Shown here: in pieces, positions 50,675 through 54,505 of the stretch
Position numbering within the stretch: position 1 is the first letter of the stretch
How the letters are laid out: each line of letters opens with the position of its first letter
NCBI GenBank assembly: GCA_051744245.1
Contig: JBNJCV010000003.1
Span: 1-54,505 of the forward strand
Source: Actinomycetota bacterium
GTDB lineage: Bacteria > Actinomycetota > Humimicrobiia > Humimicrobiales > Humimicrobiaceae
Reading direction: 5' to 3'
DNA: 54,505 nt
Position numbers and translations under genes: made by a program
Notes under the pieces: generated by a model
Seen by the model: the letters and a program-made list of their open reading frames with translations, nothing else
What the model was told of the DNA's origin: nothing
Database searches by the model: none

Positions 50675-51298
50675 ATGAAAAACAAAGATTTTAAAAATAA
50701 GGAAAAATTAATACGGGCTGCTATTAAGGAATTCGGCAGCAATAGCTACCAGGAAGCATCCCTTAACAGGATTATAAAGGAAGCAGGTTTAAGCAAGGGA
50801 ACCTTTTATTTTCACTTTGAGAACAAGAAGGACCTATACCTCTATATATTTAAGAAAGTTGCTGAAAGAAAAGAAGAGTTCTTTGCTGAAAAGTTATCAA
50901 AAAAAGGCGAGGGATTTCTGGAAAAAGATATTTTTGAAATATTTAAGGAATATTCAAAAACCGGGTTAGAGTTTGCCTTAGAATATCCATATTACCATAA
51001 ATTAGGCCTGAAATTTTACAGTGAAAAGGGGAATAAGATATATGATGAAGTGAAAAGGACATTCTCGGGTAAACTGGAAAAATCCATTGCCCCCGTTATT
51101 AACCGGGCTATTGAAAGAGGGGAGCTTAGAAAAGATTTTGACAGAAAATTTATAACTGATCTGCTTAGCGGTCTCATGAATAACTTCGATGCTATCTTTA
51201 AGTTTGAAGAAAGGGAAATTGATTTGAAAAAAATAGTGGATACATTTGATAAGTTTATTGATTTTATAAAATTTGGGCTATCAGGGAAAAGGAAATAA
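50675..51298 (+). CDS. TetR/AcrR-family regulator
   Basis: AA..EF....Y..AS...I...AG.SKGTFY.HF.NK.DLY. Confidence 0.93.
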   Translation: MKNKDFKNKEKLIRAAIKEFGSNSYQEASLNRIIKEAGLSKGTFYFHFENKKDLYLYIFKKVAERKEEFFAEKLSKKGEGFLEKDIFEIFKEYSKTGLEFALEYPYYHKLGLKFYSEKGNKIYDEVKRTFSGKLEKSIAPVINRAIERGELRKDFDRKFITDLLSGLMNNFDAIFKFEEREIDLKKIVDTFDKFIDFIKFGLSGKRK

Positions 51299-51300
51299 TC

Positions 51301-52155
51301 ATGATAGAAGTTAAAAATCTATTTCACGACTATGAGGGTAAGGGAAATTATGCAGTTAACAATATCTCTTTTAAGATAGAAAAAGGGGAAATATTAGGGT
51401 TTTTAGGCCCAAGCGGAGCGGGAAAAACTACTGTCCAGAATATTATGATAGGCTTGCTTCCAATCCAGCGGGGAGAAGTATTATATGATGGCATTTCAAT
51501 TAAGAAAATGAAGTCGGGATTTTTTAACAGAATTGGTGTTTCATTTGAAGATCCTGCTTTATATTTAAAGCTTACCGGATTTGAAAACTTACAATACTTT
51601 GCTGGACTATATGATGTTAAAACTAAAGACCCTATAAGGCTTCTCGACATGGTAGGACTGAAAGGTGCTGCCAATAAAAGAGCTTCCAACTATTCTAAGG
51701 GCATGAAGCAAAGACTTACTTTTGCTAGGTCGCTAATAAATAGCCCTGGTATAATGTTTTTGGATGAGCCTACCGCCGGGTTGGACCCTTCGCTTGCAAA
51801 GAAAATAAAAGATATAATCCTTAAGGAAAAAGAAGCTGGCAGGACTATATTTTTAACCACCCATAACATGTTTATAGCAGATGAGCTCTGCGACAGGGTT
51901 TCATTCATAAATGAAGGCAGACTGGTAGCGACCGATTCACCAAGGAATTTAAAACTGAAATATGGCAGCAAAGCAGTTAAAGTAGAATATACGGATAATG
52001 GCAGGTTAGTAAGCAAAGTATTGTTTTTGGAAAAGAAAGGAGACCTTGACACTTTTAATGAAGTAGTAAATAAAAAGGATGTGCAAACCGTGCATTCACA
52101 GGAGGCTACATTAGAGCAGATCTTTATCAAGCTTACTGGCCGGGAGCTAGTCTAG
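51301..52155 (+). CDS. ABC exporter ATP-binding protein
   Basis: GPSGAGKT, YSKGMKQR, FLDEPT, TTH. Confidence 0.93.
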   Translation: MIEVKNLFHDYEGKGNYAVNNISFKIEKGEILGFLGPSGAGKTTVQNIMIGLLPIQRGEVLYDGISIKKMKSGFFNRIGVSFEDPALYLKLTGFENLQYFAGLYDVKTKDPIRLLDMVGLKGAANKRASNYSKGMKQRLTFARSLINSPGIMFLDEPTAGLDPSLAKKIKDIILKEKEAGRTIFLTTHNMFIADELCDRVSFINEGRLVATDSPRNLKLKYGSKAVKVEYTDNGRLVSKVLFLEKKGDLDTFNEVVNKKDVQTVHSQEATLEQIFIKLTGRELV

Positions 52156-53202
52156 ATGAAAAAATTTTTTAGCTTATTTAAAATTGATTCCCTTAATACC
52201 ATAAGGAGCGGATTCCATTATGCTATTATTGCACTGGGCATATTGTTTGTAGTATTGGTAAATTTTGTAATACCTGAACAGGTAAATATAGCCCCGGAAG
52301 AGATTTTTTATGATGGTACGGAAAACAAAGTTATTGAAAATTTTATAAAAGAGTCAGGAGAAGAAGCAGTCCTGTATAAAAATTATGGCGAATTTATTAA
52401 AGCTGTAAGGGATAGCAGGGGAAGCATTGGAATAGCTGCCAGTGGAGATACAAACAATCTTGACTTTGAAATAATATCAAGGAATAAGGTTTCCGGTAAA
52501 ACCTTAAATGTTGTAAGAGCAGCGCTAGATTATGTAGCGGCAAAAATCTCAGGTAGCGAGGAAGCAGGCAATATTAGCATTGAGTATATGAGGGAAAAAT
52601 CTGCGCCAATTCCTTTCAATAAAAATTTTATACCCCTGTTTCTAACTTTTGAGGTTGTTATGTTCGGTTTTTTGCTAATAGCTGTTATGTCTTTTCAGGA
52701 AAAGGAAGAGAGGAGTATACATGCTTACAGGGTAAGTGCAAGCGGAACCATGCAGTATATATGGTCGAAAGTATCAGTCATAACTATAATGGGAATATTA
52801 TATGGGGTGGCCTCTGTAATGCTTACTGCAGGGGTTAACGTTGATTATATAAATTTGATTATCATTATTGTTTTATCGAGCATATTTATGTCCCTTCTAG
52901 GCCTTTTCTTGAGCGTGTTTTTTAAAAATATTTCGGAATTTATTATAGTTTCTTTTACTGTACTGGCTTTGTTGCAGCTTCCGACAGTCTCTTACTTTAA
53001 CCCATCTTTTTCTCCTTCCTACCTTAGGTGGATGCCATCCTATCCCATACTATTCGGAGTAAGGGAAATTCTATTTCCAACCGGCAAAGAAGGTTATATA
53101 ACTCCTATAGTTATTATCCTATTAGCTGAAGCCGTTGTGGTGTTCGGGGCATGTTACTGGGGAGTTAGGAATAAAATCATGAAAAGCGGGGGAAGAACGT
53201 AA
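52156..53202 (+). CDS. ABC-2 type permease
   Basis: 1+5 TM pattern with EKEE motif; operonic. Confidence 0.85.
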   Translation: MKKFFSLFKIDSLNTIRSGFHYAIIALGILFVVLVNFVIPEQVNIAPEEIFYDGTENKVIENFIKESGEEAVLYKNYGEFIKAVRDSRGSIGIAASGDTNNLDFEIISRNKVSGKTLNVVRAALDYVAAKISGSEEAGNISIEYMREKSAPIPFNKNFIPLFLTFEVVMFGFLLIAVMSFQEKEERSIHAYRVSASGTMQYIWSKVSVITIMGILYGVASVMLTAGVNVDYINLIIIIVLSSIFMSLLGLFLSVFFKNISEFIIVSFTVLALLQLPTVSYFNPSFSPSYLRWMPSYPILFGVREILFPTGKEGYITPIVIILLAEAVVVFGACYWGVRNKIMKSGGRT

Positions 53203-54209
53203 TGGTAAAGATTATAAGCCTTTTGTTTAAAGATTTTACCTTAGCCAGGAGGGATAATATTATTCTCTATATGATTATTGCTCCTATCCTTATTGCTGTT
53301 ATAATGGCACTTTTTATTCCTTCCTTTGAAAGCGGTAGCCTTACTTTTGCGGTGAATTCAGAAGAAGACAATTTAGTAGAAGAACTTGAAAGCTATGGAA
53401 ACGTAGAAACTTTTGAAAGTAGCGGGAAGATAAGGGAGAGGGTTAGTGCAAATGATGATGTTGCGGGGATAATAAAGGAGAATGGCAGCTACAAGGTAAT
53501 CCTTGAAGGAAATGAAAACAGCGAGTTAGGTGAAACTGTGGCCATAATACTGGAAAGCATATTAAGAGATGGGAATCTGGCTGGTTATAGATATACTGTG
53601 CTGGGTGACAATAGGTCATTGTTGAAGCAGTATACAGCAATATTTTTAATCCTAATGTCTATTTTAATGGCGGGCATGATGGTAGGTTTTAATATTATAG
53701 ATGAAAAGGAAACCGGAGCCATAAAAGCATTGTCAATATCTCCAATAAAGCTGGCCCATTTATTACTGGCCAGGTCTATTATAGTTTTAGCGCTTAGCTT
53801 GCTTTTGTCAGTTGCCAGCAGTGTAATCTTGCTGGGAGTTAGTATTAACTTCTGGAAACTTATTGTAGGGGTTATTTTTTCAAGCAGCCTTGGCATATTG
53901 CTTGGAATCACTGTGGGGGGAATTGCAGACAACCAGATAAAAGGAATTGCTGTGGTTAAGGTACTTTCCTTGCCTTTTACCCTACTGCCGGCAGCATCAA
54001 TTTTCATTCCTGAAAAGTATAAAATATTCTTATACCCTTTTCCAAATTACTGGATGTTCAGGATATTTAAGAATGTATTTATCGATATAGATAATATGGG
54101 AGATTTTTGGATTTCAAATATCATTACAATTTCGATAACAGTTGCCCTAATGCTGGTTGTGCTTATTGCCCTCAGGAATAAATTAAAGTTTAAGCAGCAG
54201 GGTATTTAA
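53202..54209 (+). CDS. ABC-2 type permease
   Basis: IIDEKETG..AL.ISP; 6 TM segments. Confidence 0.85.
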   Translation: MVKIISLLFKDFTLARRDNIILYMIIAPILIAVIMALFIPSFESGSLTFAVNSEEDNLVEELESYGNVETFESSGKIRERVSANDDVAGIIKENGSYKVILEGNENSELGETVAIILESILRDGNLAGYRYTVLGDNRSLLKQYTAIFLILMSILMAGMMVGFNIIDEKETGAIKALSISPIKLAHLLLARSIIVLALSLLLSVASSVILLGVSINFWKLIVGVIFSSSLGILLGITVGGIADNQIKGIAVVKVLSLPFTLLPAASIFIPEKYKIFLYPFPNYWMFRIFKNVFIDIDNMGDFWISNIITISITVALMLVVLIALRNKLKFKQQGI

Positions 54210-54316
54210 TTTAGCTTTTCTAGTATCTTCTCAGCTTTTTATTTATCTTAACTTTAAAAATATGGCATAACTGATTTATAATTTAAAAAGATTATGGTTA
54301 GAAATGTTTAGCTTAT

Positions 54317-54505
54317 ATGGAACGTAAACATAAAAAAGATACCGCAGACCCTTTTGAGGAATTATTTGAATACAGGAATGTTGCAAGCAGGCGGTTAATA
54401 ATATCGTTATCCATAACTCTGGTAGTTATGGTGGTAGAAATTATAGGAGGCATTTTTACTGGAAGCATAGCATTGTTAAGCGATGCCGGGCATATGTTTA
54501 CCCAT
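54317..54505 (+). CDS. cation diffusion facilitator (CzcD-like), partial
   Basis: EIIGGIFTGSIALLSDAGHMFTH signature; runs off window. Confidence 0.88.
   Translation, partial: MERKHKKDTADPFEELFEYRNVASRRLIISLSITLVVMVVEIIGGIFTGSIALLSDAGHMFTH

Overview
AT-rich bacterial chromosome window with three parts. (1) 1-22.8 kb is a housekeeping backbone: a TPP riboswitch ahead of thiN and an ECF S-component on the minus strand, then hrcA-dnaJ-rsmE-mtaB-HIT-phoH-7TM/HD-ybeY-era-deoC-recO, a four-gene insert, glyQ-glyS-ppdK-dnaG-rpoD and tRNA-Asn. (2) 22.8-47.2 kb is an accessory region between the convergent 3' ends of tRNA-Asn(GTT) and tRNA-Ala(GGC). It holds about 8 toxin-antitoxin pairs plus orphan or decayed copies, IS3/IS91-like/IS630 debris, pseudogenes and a SNF2-SWIM-RQC module. 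No integrase was recognised. (3) 47.3-54.5 kb has glnS, a TetR-controlled ABC exporter and a partial CDF transporter. The main finding is that the region after tRNA-Asn is divided into ~1 kb gene cassettes, mostly one TA pair each with its own promoter or operator. They are separated by a recurring 29-bp site, GTTCGAAAT-N11-GGGGAGCCA(GCAA), whose right half is the tRNA-Asn 3' end. This looks like an integrase-less, tRNA-anchored cassette array. Gene order and apparent leaderless starts suggest a deep-branching low-GC Actinomycetota-like host (inference only). All family calls come from motif recognition; no database searches were run.
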